UHGV virus genome: UHGV-0177389
Source of the DNA: a virus
Length of the DNA: 29,218 nucleotides
Direction: 5' to 3' (one strand)
Numbering within the stretch: position 1 is the first letter of the stretch; every line of letters starts with the position of its first letter. Under the pieces are notes generated by a model. The model did not search any database, was not told the DNA's origin, and was given only the letters and a program-made list of their open reading frames with translations. Below, piece after piece: positions 10,897 to 18,982 of this stretch. Both the position numbers and the translations under genes were made by a program.

Positions 10897-11334
10897 TTAA
10901 CCAGTTACTTTTGAGCGGATCGGATACGGCGTATTGGCATCAACATCAAGACTGATACCAGCAGTGAATTCGCCAGCCGTTAGTGGGCCAGTTGCGACGG
11001 AGTAGTTAACACGCAGATATCGCTGAACACCGGCAGGCACCTTTGCAGAAACAACTCGTTTACCTGCTGTCAGGGCGGTCTTTGCCAGTGCGCCACTATC
11101 ATAAATAGTGGTCCATGAGCTGTTATTCTCACTCGTCTGCAACTGGATGTTTACAGTTGCATCACCGCTTGCCGCGGCGGCTGTGTTAACCAGCGCCCAA
11201 AACTCAAGCGGGTAACCCACGCCGATATCACGACGTTTTCCGTCAATTGGACCGAGATCGATTACGTCAGTAGAAGCCGCGGTATTCGTAACCGCCTGAG
11301 CTTCGGAGAACATCAACAGTTTGTCGGTGATCAT
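10897..11334 (-). CDS. hypothetical virion protein (145 aa), possible capsid decoration protein
   Basis: ORF track; GGAGAAAG RBS; immediately downstream of the major capsid gene; Thr/Ala/Ser-rich. Confidence 0.45.
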   Translation of the reverse strand: MITDKLLMFSEAQAVTNTAASTDVIDLGPIDGKRRDIGVGYPLEFWALVNTAAAASGDATVNIQLQTSENNSSWTTIYDSGALAKTALTAGKRVVSAKVPAGVQRYLRVNYSVATGPLTAGEFTAGISLDVDANTPYPIRSKVTG

Positions 11335-11349
11335 CTTCTTTCTCCATTA

Positions 11350-11369
11350 GTGGGTCTGTTACGACCCAC
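11350..11369 (-). other. stem-loop downstream of the capsid gene (GTGGGTC/GACCCAC), no U-tract
   Basis: 7-bp inverted repeat with 6-nt loop seen in sequence, 17 nt after the capsid stop; possible RNA stability or partial termination element. Confidence 0.3.
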
Positions 11370-11385
11370 AGGTTAATAACAGGCG

Positions 11386-12372
11386 TTACACCACGCGGGC
11401 TTCTGTTTCCAGAAGCGCATCAGTTTCACGGATTGGTACACCACGGAATGAAGTCCACCACTCGCCTTCTGTCTCTTTTACGCTGATCGCCAGAGATGTT
11501 TTCTCCAGAGATTGCAGATCAAGAGCCTGGCCTACAGTGCGGTTCATGTAGAACACCGGGCGACCCATGCCACGATTTGGAATGCGATGCAGTGCTTTAA
11601 CCATCAACTTCGCAATATTTGCGGCAGAGGAAGGTTCTGAAAGATTGCTGACATCGATGTTTGCAATGCGAACAACATAACGCCAGTCACGCAGAGCAAG
11701 TCCGTTGTCCCATTTGTAATGGGTACGGTAGCCTTCGTACTTGCCGCCATTCGCATCTTCCAGTGTCACCTGGCCTTTATCTTCCATCTGGATGCCAGCC
11801 TTCTGCCCTTTCGGGAAGATGCCATGCACGGTGTTTTCGCCCCACACCACTAACCAGATTGAGGTGTTATCTGTACCCGTGCCACCAGCATCAATGATGT
11901 TCTGAGCATTACCCGCAGACAGGCTGGAATAGCGGGAGGACAGTCCCATAAACTGCTGAGGGTTAACGCTGGAATCACCATAAAACAGCGTCTGCGCCAT
12001 CTGCTGATTCATCGCTTCAATAAATGCGCGGTCTTCAGACAGGCGGAATTCAGCGGTATTGCCGTTCAGATCAGCCAGTGACTTATCGACTTCAGCATAG
12101 GTTTCCAGCATGCCAACGGAATCGGTTACCTGCACTGTGGTTGATTTGCTTGGCTGTACGCCATAGTTCAGCAAACGCCAGGTAGCTGAAGGTAAACCAG
12201 AACGAATGGTGGTTCGGTGTCCGGTAGGAAGGTTCCCTTCGACAAAAGGCATATCCTGAAGGATCGGGTTAGTTTGACCGAGAAGCTCGATAATCTTATC
12301 GACTTTCCCGTTTGGATCGACGCGCTTACCCCAGTCAGCCAGCGTTAGCGCAGTTAAGCCTTTAACAGCCAT
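11386..12372 (-). CDS. major capsid protein
   Basis: ORF track 11386..12378; second ATG at 12372 is better spaced from the GAGAGG RBS; about 330 aa, follows the scaffold gene. Confidence 0.7.
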   Translation of the reverse strand: MAVKGLTALTLADWGKRVDPNGKVDKIIELLGQTNPILQDMPFVEGNLPTGHRTTIRSGLPSATWRLLNYGVQPSKSTTVQVTDSVGMLETYAEVDKSLADLNGNTAEFRLSEDRAFIEAMNQQMAQTLFYGDSSVNPQQFMGLSSRYSSLSAGNAQNIIDAGGTGTDNTSIWLVVWGENTVHGIFPKGQKAGIQMEDKGQVTLEDANGGKYEGYRTHYKWDNGLALRDWRYVVRIANIDVSNLSEPSSAANIAKLMVKALHRIPNRGMGRPVFYMNRTVGQALDLQSLEKTSLAISVKETEGEWWTSFRGVPIRETDALLETEARVV

Positions 12373-12386
12373 TGTCATTTCCTCTC

Positions 12387-13082
12387 TTATTTGCCATAGA
12401 GCACTTCGGCCGCACTACGCTGGCCTTCATTACCACCGGTGACCATGCCATCTTCAGACATCGCCTTTCCGATTTTCACGAACGTTTTGACCAGATCAGG
12501 GTGATTACCCAGCCCGGTGGTGTTCAGATATTCTTTGAGTTCAGGTGTCCCGAACTGGTCAAGCGCACGCTGTGCGGCGCTAAGGTTAGAAATCAACTTG
12601 TCGCCACCGATTTCTTTGTCAGCTTTTACATCCGCAGCCCACTGCTCGGTTGTTTTCTGCCAGGCTTCTGCCTGGCGCTGCTGAACACCTGCCAGAATCT
12701 TCGGATAAGCATCAACCAGCTTTTGCGCTTGCTCGTTGGTCAGGTTAAGTTCTCGCGCCACAGGCTCGAATTCCTTCAACGCTTCTGTATCCAGCTCTAC
12801 GCCTTCGGCAGCCTGAAACTCGTACTTCTCAGGCGCACCCTCTGGTTTATTGCCGTCCTTTTTTTCATCCTGCTTATCGTTTTCAGGCTTTTTGTCATCA
12901 GCAGGTTTATCGCCATCAGCAACAGGTTGTGGCTTATCACCTTCCTGTTGTGATGGATCACCAACTGGAGCAGGGTTATCACCTGCAGGCGCTGACGGTT
13001 CTGACGCAGCCGGAGCTGCTCCACCATCGACTGGTTGCTCATTGCAAAGACGGCGATACAGCAAACGCTCAAATAAATTCAT
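12387..13082 (-). CDS. scaffolding protein
   Basis: ORF track 12387..13088 (GTG) trimmed to ATG at 13082 with AGGAG 5 nt upstream; acidic, Pro/Ala/Asp/Lys-rich N-terminal half; lies between portal and capsid genes. Confidence 0.55.
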   Translation of the reverse strand: MNLFERLLYRRLCNEQPVDGGAAPAASEPSAPAGDNPAPVGDPSQQEGDKPQPVADGDKPADDKKPENDKQDEKKDGNKPEGAPEKYEFQAAEGVELDTEALKEFEPVARELNLTNEQAQKLVDAYPKILAGVQQRQAEAWQKTTEQWAADVKADKEIGGDKLISNLSAAQRALDQFGTPELKEYLNTTGLGNHPDLVKTFVKIGKAMSEDGMVTGGNEGQRSAAEVLYGK

Positions 13083-13084
13083 GA

Positions 13085-13381
13085 TCACTCCTGTTCACTG
13101 GCCTCTTTGGCCATCTTCAAATACTGTTCAGGGCAATGCGCCATAACGCGCTGAAACAGTTCCAGCGCCAGATTGCGTTGCCCCTCATTAAATGCCATTG
13201 CCATAGCGTCCATCGGTGAGATAGCGGAAAACACACGGCCTTTCTCCAGCACCGACCAGACAACGCGACGCCCCTGTTCACTGCTCATGACAAAGCGAAT
13301 GTCATCAATTTCACGCTGCGCCATGTCACGTTGCTTACGGGCGTTTTCTTCTTTCAGTTGATCGTCTTCGTAATCTGTCAT
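13085..13381 (-). CDS. hypothetical protein (98 aa)
   Basis: ORF track; ATGA overlap with the portal stop. Confidence 0.45.
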   Translation of the reverse strand: MTDYEDDQLKEENARKQRDMAQREIDDIRFVMSSEQGRRVVWSVLEKGRVFSAISPMDAMAMAFNEGQRNLALELFQRVMAHCPEQYLKMAKEASEQE

Positions 13382-15057
13382 TGTGATTGCCCACCCTGAC
13401 CACTAACTGCATTCGCCATAGCTGACAAAACACTCGGATCCGAAGTTTTAGCTTCGCTTAGCGTCTTGGCACCCTGTGCCGCCGCCATTCCCATCGCCAT
13501 CATTTGTTGCTGCTGTTGCTGCTGTGCCCGTTGCTGGCGAGCCTGCTCAACCTGTTCCTGCGGAACAATGACGGTTGGAGACACTCCGGACATATCAGCG
13601 AATGCATCGATCGCCTGATCAACATTGAGTTTGTCGAGAGCTTCTGGTTTCGCTTGCGCAAGTTGACCAATGAAGTTGACCGTAGACGCCAGACTGGACA
13701 GGCCGATAGACTTCTGCGCCTGAGCCATGACGGAAATGTATTCGACCTTCAGGGGCATACCTTCCATCGCGTCAGGCGGTGGCGGCAGCATGTTTTTACG
13801 CACCATCATCGAGAAAGAGCGGTCAATGAGAGGATTAAGACATTCGTCGTTCAGACGCTCCAGAACCGGCCCCAACATCAGAAGTTTTTCTTCTTTCATT
13901 TCGATCACCGCTTCAACAGGCATCGAGCGGGTATTGATGTTCTGCAACATCATGAACAGATCGACAAAGTAGGCGCTGTTAATGATTTGACGGGTGTCCT
14001 GAATGTCTGCCACCAAATCTGCTGTACTGGGGTTAACCAGATAAGCAGGCCTGAAACCATCCTGACCAGTAATCTGATCGATATACGTGATGTCGCCAGG
14101 AAGAAGGGAGGCACGCTGATTCTTGAGGGAAGTCGGAGCAACCATCGGCGGATTGGTGGCTTTATCAATCAACTCCGACTTGCGCTTCTGGAGAAGCTGC
14201 AATGCCTTAACAGGTCCAAGCGCCAGCATACCCGGGCATGATGATCCATAAACATCTTCACCGTTAACTTCCCAGCGCGGAGCCATAATTGGAAACTCAT
14301 CGAATCCGGACTCACGCAACAACTTGTCGTTATCGCCACCAACCTCGTAATAAACCGATTTGAATGGCTTGTTCTTGCTATCCAGCTTCGATGTATCGCG
14401 GTCAATGTTCGGGTAAACCGAATGCATCACTTCAATCCACTTCTCGTAGGTGCCGCTTTCCCACATGCTTTTTACGGATTCGCTGACGTTATTTAGCCCG
14501 AACTCCTGAACAAGCTGACGAACAGTCATAGAGAACTTGCGAAAACAGGTGTCCACACTGCCACGAGGTGAGTTAGCCAGGTAGTAACTGCCTATCGGGA
14601 ATGGCATTGTGCGAATGATGTCCTCGTCATCCTCCAGCACTGCCATTGCACCAGTGCTGTATGTGCCGAGGCTTCCGTATAACTGCGGCAGCGACTGATA
14701 GAGATTCGACTTATTGAACATATCGTTCATACGGTTCTGCACCGCCTCAAGCCACAACTTAACAGGGCCATAATCCATCATTTCAGGATCTGGCGTAGCC
14801 AGGCGAAACCACGGACGCGCGGGGCTTGTGATGCCTGACATCATGCCGCTGGCGAGAGTGCGCGCCGCCATAGTCCCGGTCGAATCAATAATGCGTGTAT
14901 TGCGTCGATCGTTACGGTTGACCTCAGAAGTCAGAAAGCGGGAACCACGCGGGTTGATGTAATCACTCAACTCGCGCCAGTGCGGCTCGAACGACTGACG
15001 CTCGCTTTCAAGTTGTGCGAACTGTTTGTTCAATCGCTCTTTAGTTGTTTCCGCCAT
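13378..15057 (-). CDS. portal protein (559 aa)
   Basis: ORF track; GGAG RBS 8 nt upstream; size and position between terminase and scaffold/capsid; poly-Gln/Ala C-terminus. Confidence 0.75.
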   Translation of the reverse strand: MAETTKERLNKQFAQLESERQSFEPHWRELSDYINPRGSRFLTSEVNRNDRRNTRIIDSTGTMAARTLASGMMSGITSPARPWFRLATPDPEMMDYGPVKLWLEAVQNRMNDMFNKSNLYQSLPQLYGSLGTYSTGAMAVLEDDEDIIRTMPFPIGSYYLANSPRGSVDTCFRKFSMTVRQLVQEFGLNNVSESVKSMWESGTYEKWIEVMHSVYPNIDRDTSKLDSKNKPFKSVYYEVGGDNDKLLRESGFDEFPIMAPRWEVNGEDVYGSSCPGMLALGPVKALQLLQKRKSELIDKATNPPMVAPTSLKNQRASLLPGDITYIDQITGQDGFRPAYLVNPSTADLVADIQDTRQIINSAYFVDLFMMLQNINTRSMPVEAVIEMKEEKLLMLGPVLERLNDECLNPLIDRSFSMMVRKNMLPPPPDAMEGMPLKVEYISVMAQAQKSIGLSSLASTVNFIGQLAQAKPEALDKLNVDQAIDAFADMSGVSPTVIVPQEQVEQARQQRAQQQQQQQMMAMGMAAAQGAKTLSEAKTSDPSVLSAMANAVSGQGGQSQ

Positions 15058-15071
15058 TTCAATGACTCCGG

Positions 15072-15278
15072 TTACTGACCAAGCAGCGTTTTACCGCTGG
15101 TATTAGCGGTTGATGTGTCGCCCTGAGAACCGGTAAGCAGCGTAGAACTACGACCAGCAGCAGCGCGACGGCGACGAGTTTCTTCGTCGCGGGCATCAAC
15201 AACGGCGGCATCCTGCTCCTGTGGTGCTGCCTGAACTTCTGGTGTTGCAGGCACTGATGGTGAGCTACCCATGCACAT
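15072..15278 (-). CDS. small hypothetical protein (68 aa), low complexity
   Basis: ORF track; start context GGAGTCATTGATATG nearly identical to the portal start context GGAGTCATTGAAATG. Confidence 0.35.
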   Translation of the reverse strand: MCMGSSPSVPATPEVQAAPQEQDAAVVDARDEETRRRRAAAGRSSTLLTGSQGDTSTANTSGKTLLGQ

Positions 15279-15346
15279 ATCAATGACTCCGTACGCAATT
15301 AAATTATTACCAATTTAACCACATATGATTTATTTATCGTAGATGG

Positions 15347-15383
15347 TTGACATTTAATGCACGAATTATTACCCTTCAGGTAA
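15347..15383 (+). promoter_or_regulatory. TTGACA -35-like hexamer followed by a perfect TTACC-N5-GGTAA operator-type palindrome (15369-15383)
   Basis: Seen in sequence; the palindrome matches the immunity-region operators; strand of the promoter is uncertain. Confidence 0.35.
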
Positions 15384-15705
15384 GTAAATAGTTCATTCCG
15401 GTTATTAACCTGACTGGCTTGTCGTTAAATTGAACAGGTGGAGTGAGCTTTTATTTTGAGCAGTACGGCGTATGGCACATGCGCCGATAGCGGTCTGGAT
15501 ACGTTTAAGGGGCACCCTCCCTTGCTCGGGCAAACGAACCAGGTAGCCGGAATGTGCAAGTCGAGCGGTTTTATTCCGCGCACGGGGATTCACCATCCCG
15601 GCGATTCGGTGTGACGCCTCGGAAGAGACGAGGGTGCAACGATGAGAGCATTTATGGAGCCGCGACAAAGTGTGGCGCCTTAACAGGCTAAGTGCTCTCA
15701 GCGTT

Positions 15706-15782
15706 GTGGCATTAGCTCAGTTGGACAGAGCAACCGCCTTCTAAGCGGTTGGTCGCAGGTTCGAATCCTGCATGCCACGCCA
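15706..15782 (+). tRNA. tRNA-Arg (anticodon UCU)
   Basis: Manual cloverleaf: 7-bp acceptor stem GTGGCAT/ATGCCAC, D arm GCTC...GAGC, anticodon stem ACCGC/GCGGT with loop CTTCTAA (anticodon TCT), T arm GCAGG-TTCGAAT-CCTGC, encoded CCA. Confidence 0.9.
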
Positions 15783-15825
15783 GAATCACGCCTAAGGACC
15801 GTGATGCCAGAAGTTCCAGGGGCTT

Positions 15826-15867
15826 GGCGGTGATGGTTTCCCTTGAAGGACTATCACCGCCCTTTTT
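15826..15867 (+). terminator. intrinsic terminator candidate downstream of the tRNA
   Basis: 9-bp stem GGCGGTGAT/ATCACCGCC followed by TTTTT. Confidence 0.55.
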
Positions 15868-15945
15868 ACAGCAGGACGCCATTGCGATGACTTCATGCTG
15901 TAAACCAGTACAGCCACGGAAGGCATAACTCATTGCTTCCAGTTC

Positions 15946-15969
15946 GCCCGGTTCGCCGGGCATTTTTTT
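15946..15969 (+). terminator. intrinsic terminator candidate (GCCCGG-TTCG-CCGGGC plus T7 run)
   Basis: 6-bp GC stem with TTCG tetraloop followed by ATTTTTTT, ending about 16 nt before the ATG at 15986. Confidence 0.6.
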
Positions 15970-15985
15970 AAGGTGAGATTAGACT

Positions 15986-16357
15986 ATGAGTGACAAAGAC
16001 ATTGAATCTGAAATTCAGGCTAAAGGTTTAGCCGCGCCGCGCGTTACGCCAGACCATATCGAGAGCATTATTGCTCAGGAGGCATATTTCACAGCAGAAG
16101 ATGGTGTCTTTGGCGTAGCCATAAAAGCGAAACATACTGGCGGAGAGGTAAACTACCAGCCGCACGAATCACTTTCTCTGCTGACGTTCTGCGTTCTGGT
16201 GCTGCGCAACGGCTTCACCGTCACCGGAGAGAGCGCCTGTGCAAGCCCGGAAAACTTTGATGCGGAAATTGGTCGGAAGATTGCCCGGCAGAATGCTGTA
16301 AACAAAATCTGGATGCTTGAAGGTTACTTGCTGAAGCAGAAGTTAAGCGAGCAATAA
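15986..16357 (+). CDS. hypothetical protein (123 aa), opposite-strand moron inside the morphogenesis module
   Basis: ORF track; ATG preceded by AAGGTGAGA; followed by a palindrome and a terminator; function unknown. Confidence 0.55.
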   Translation: MSDKDIESEIQAKGLAAPRVTPDHIESIIAQEAYFTAEDGVFGVAIKAKHTGGEVNYQPHESLSLLTFCVLVLRNGFTVTGESACASPENFDAEIGRKIARQNAVNKIWMLEGYLLKQKLSEQ

Positions 16358-16361
16358 CACC

Positions 16362-16373
16362 GTGACATGTCAC
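16362..16373. repeat. perfect 12-bp palindrome GTGACATGTCAC, copy 1 (14-bp identity CGTGACATGTCACA with copy 2)
   Basis: Seen in sequence; lies between the 123-aa ORF stop and the terminase large subunit stop. Confidence 0.6.
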
Positions 16374-16377
16374 AAAC

Positions 16378-16404
16378 AGCCAGCCGATGAGCTGGCTTTG
16401 TTTT
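16378..16404 (+). terminator. intrinsic terminator candidate
   Basis: Stem AGCCAGC/GCTGGCT with 6-nt loop followed by TTGTTTT. Confidence 0.6.
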
Positions 16405-16447
16405 ATCCTCACCAGAGGATATCTCCGTCATTATCCCCGCTAACGGA

Positions 16448-17923
16448 TTAAGCATAGGGATCGTAATCTGTAATGGCCTTGCCTTGCTGGTTCTGCTGCC
16501 CGGGAATTCGCAGACGCTTAGACACAGGGAACGCAAACGTCAGCAGTAGCGCATCGCCTTTACCCGGCGAACGCCCAAGCCGCTCCTTGATATCTTCCTT
16601 CGGTTCGATAACGATTTTACCGTCCACTCGAACTTTGTACTCTGCCGCCGACAGGTCGTCTGCTGTTTCCTGGTCATCCAGCATCCCGCCCAGCCTCAGC
16701 CATGTCTTGCATGAGTTGAACATCTCCCCACGCTTGTTGAGCATCTGCGGGTCAGTAGACGCGCCACCGAACGGAACAAGTTGCCATGTACGACCCCAGC
16801 CGTCACCGATTGACTTCAGACCAGTTCCGTAACCGAAGTCGATGAACACTGCGTCAGCCTGGTACTGGTCTTCAAAGTCAGCGATACGCTTCGCCATTAT
16901 CAGATCGTCAGTGGTCTTGTTGCCAGTCCACAGCACCTTACTGTGCAGCCCCTGCCGCAGGTATATCACAGCGTCATCAACTCCGGAGTATGCCGGGTCA
17001 ACGCCGATTATCACCGGAGCATGTGCAACCTGCGCAGCGGTTACCACCCGTTTCATTGCCTCATCAGTAAGACCGGTAGGGATAAACTGCAATTCAGATG
17101 CATCAGGGAATATGCCGCGCACACGGATTTTAACGAAGTCGCTGTCTTCCCCGTAGTCATCAACCCATTTCTGCAACTGCTGTTTGTTAGTACCTTCCAC
17201 CGTCCGGCTGTCAATCTGCGCAGTTTTCCAGCGGTGTTTGTATTTGCGGAAACATTCGCGAAAACGCCCGGTATTACGTGTAGGGTTTCCGAACGCCACC
17301 CAGATAATCTCAGTGTCTTCGTCCGTAAGCGCACCCTCAGCAACTTCCCACACCAGATCCGCAATGTTCGACGCTTCATCGAATACCACGATGATGCGTT
17401 TGCGCTCGTTGTGTAGTCCGGCGAATGCCTCAGTGTTGTGCTCAGACCAGGGGATTGCGTCAGCTCGCCACCGCTTGTCGTGCCCAGGATCATTGCTGTA
17501 CATCGCAGTAGCGGTACAGGTAAACCAGTCTTTCGTGATAGCAAGGTTCGACCACTTGATAATTTCCGGCCAGGTCTTCGTTCGTAGCTGGTTGTCGGTG
17601 TTGGCGGTCACCACGACCTTACAATCCTCGCAAGTGGACATGCCCCAGTTGATCAGCATTGAGATGAATGCGGATTTACCAATACCGTGACCAGAAGCGC
17701 GTGCCAGCATAAGCGGCTGATAGCGCGTCTCTGGATTCTGCAGGTGATCACGTATCTCTCGGAACGCATCAGCCTGCCACTGACGTGGGCCGGTAGCATG
17801 TGCCAGTTCAGTCCCCTCTTCCCCCCACGGGAACGCATAGAGGGCATAGCCAAGCGGATCGTGAGTGAACCCTGCAATATCCTCGATCAACTGCTCTTCA
17901 GGAGATAACGCTGTATCTGTCAC
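16448..17923 (-). CDS. terminase large subunit
   Basis: ORF track (GTG start overlapping the terS stop); Walker A-like GHGIGKS and Walker B-like IIVVFDEAS; 491 aa, upstream of portal. Confidence 0.85.
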   Translation of the reverse strand: MTDTALSPEEQLIEDIAGFTHDPLGYALYAFPWGEEGTELAHATGPRQWQADAFREIRDHLQNPETRYQPLMLARASGHGIGKSAFISMLINWGMSTCEDCKVVVTANTDNQLRTKTWPEIIKWSNLAITKDWFTCTATAMYSNDPGHDKRWRADAIPWSEHNTEAFAGLHNERKRIIVVFDEASNIADLVWEVAEGALTDEDTEIIWVAFGNPTRNTGRFRECFRKYKHRWKTAQIDSRTVEGTNKQQLQKWVDDYGEDSDFVKIRVRGIFPDASELQFIPTGLTDEAMKRVVTAAQVAHAPVIIGVDPAYSGVDDAVIYLRQGLHSKVLWTGNKTTDDLIMAKRIADFEDQYQADAVFIDFGYGTGLKSIGDGWGRTWQLVPFGGASTDPQMLNKRGEMFNSCKTWLRLGGMLDDQETADDLSAAEYKVRVDGKIVIEPKEDIKERLGRSPGKGDALLLTFAFPVSKRLRIPGQQNQQGKAITDYDPYA

Positions 17924-18513
17924 TGATTACCATCCTGACGTTCTTTGAGTCGCTTCCTGGCTGCCGCTATGCGATCAGCAATTGTCACATTCACATTAAC
18001 ATCCAGGCGTTCTTTGAATGCATTGACGTCGACGTGCTTACCAATCAGTTCGAGGTTCTTCACCTTGTCAGGCCATTTAATTTTTTTGAGAATTGTCTCT
18101 ATCGAATCCTCGTTCATGTTCATGATGGTCGATGACAGATCAAAGCCACTAAGCGTAGTGCGCCAGATTTTCGGCCACTCGCGGATTGGCTTAAGGCTCC
18201 CATCGTCATTGAGGATATCAATCACGTCCATCTGGTCGATCTCCACCAGGCGCATGAGAACGTAATCGGCACTGACGCGCATTCGTTTGTTGCGCTCCTC
18301 CATCAACTCGGCAATCCGTTTTTGAATGCGTTCATCGCGCATCATGACACTGGCTTTAACTGCCGCTGTATTTGGGGAGAATCCTGCGTTAATCGCTGCC
18401 TGAGTCTGGTTTTCAGGCGTTTTGATGTATGACTGGCAATAAGCCTCCTGCATTGCGGTTAGTGGCTTAAATTGCGTTGATTTGCGTTTATAGGTTTTAG
18501 GTTCAGCAGGCAT
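17920..18513 (-). CDS. terminase small subunit
   Basis: ORF track 17920..18594 starts at TTG and its N-terminal extension covers a terminator hairpin; trimmed to ATG at 18513 (GGTGG 5 nt upstream; ATG at 18516 is the alternative); basic N-terminus; immediately upstream of terL. Confidence 0.6.
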   Translation of the reverse strand: MPAEPKTYKRKSTQFKPLTAMQEAYCQSYIKTPENQTQAAINAGFSPNTAAVKASVMMRDERIQKRIAELMEERNKRMRVSADYVLMRLVEIDQMDVIDILNDDGSLKPIREWPKIWRTTLSGFDLSSTIMNMNEDSIETILKKIKWPDKVKNLELIGKHVDVNAFKERLDVNVNVTIADRIAAARKRLKERQDGNQ

Positions 18514-18557
18514 CATAACCACCGTGGTAATAGTTACCGTTGTGGTAATAGTACCAT

Positions 18558-18585
18558 GCAAAATAAAGCCGCCATAGTTGGCGGC
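18558..18585 (-). terminator. intrinsic terminator candidate immediately upstream of terS
   Basis: 7-bp stem GCCGCCA/TGGCGGC with 4-nt loop, followed on the minus strand by TTTATTTT. Confidence 0.55.
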
Positions 18586-18626
18586 AGTATTCAAAACCCA
18601 TCAAATTCATCATGCATAATCTACTC

Positions 18627-18638
18627 GTGACATGTCAC
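18627..18638. repeat. perfect 12-bp palindrome GTGACATGTCAC, copy 2
   Basis: Seen in sequence; overlaps the stop of the 115-aa ORF, about 115 nt upstream of the terS start. Confidence 0.6.
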
Positions 18639-18982
18639 ACTATTAATTTCGTTTCATGCCAGCCTTTAGTCACCCAGCATTGCGAGTCACCATTACACGG
18701 GCATGAATTAACGGGAACTCTCTCGCCGCACTTACCGCAAAGTTTTCTGCTGATCGATTTTATACGCCCGCGCACACGTGCATCATCCTGGCGGATCAGC
18801 AGCGCGATGTACTCGGCCATTTCATAGGGATCGCGACCAGGGCGCCGGGCGGCGCAGTTCCGCGCCAGCATTTCCTGCTCCTGCTTATCCAGCACCAGTT
18901 CAATTTTGCGCTCACCGGCGGCGGACTGCCGAGCGCGCTGCGCGGCTTTGCGTTCTGCGGGGGATTTAGCCACGAATCGCAC
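18635..18982 (-). CDS. hypothetical Arg/Ala-rich protein (115 aa) with Cys-rich C-terminus
   Basis: ORF track (GTG start; start uncertain); C-terminal CGKCG...CPCNGDSQC suggests a zinc ribbon; last ORF before terS. Confidence 0.35.
   Translation of the reverse strand: MRFVAKSPAERKAAQRARQSAAGERKIELVLDKQEQEMLARNCAARRPGRDPYEMAEYIALLIRQDDARVRGRIKSISRKLCGKCGERVPVNSCPCNGDSQCWVTKGWHETKLIV

Noticed and set aside
13504-14241. 245-aa plus-strand ORF antisense to the portal gene
   Set aside because: Embedded antisense in the portal coding region; low-complexity poly-Leu start; no independent support
15059-15293. Repeated 12-mer TCAATGACTCCG at 15059-15070 and 15282-15293
   Set aside because: It is the shared ribosome-binding context of two adjacent genes (GGAGTCATTGA then ATG), not a separate element
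15420-15700. Second tRNA or tmRNA-like gene upstream of tRNA-Arg
   Set aside because: Could not fold a cloverleaf with a canonical T arm by eye; kept only as an unexplained structured region
15405-15963. Minus-strand ORFs 15405..15668 and 15712..15963
   Set aside because: The second overlaps the tRNA on the opposite strand and both lie in a structured non-coding region; no RBS
18517-18594. N-terminal extension of the terS ORF (TTG start at 18594)
   Set aside because: The extension starts at TTG, has no RBS and spans a terminator hairpin and direct repeats; an internal ATG with an RBS is more plausible
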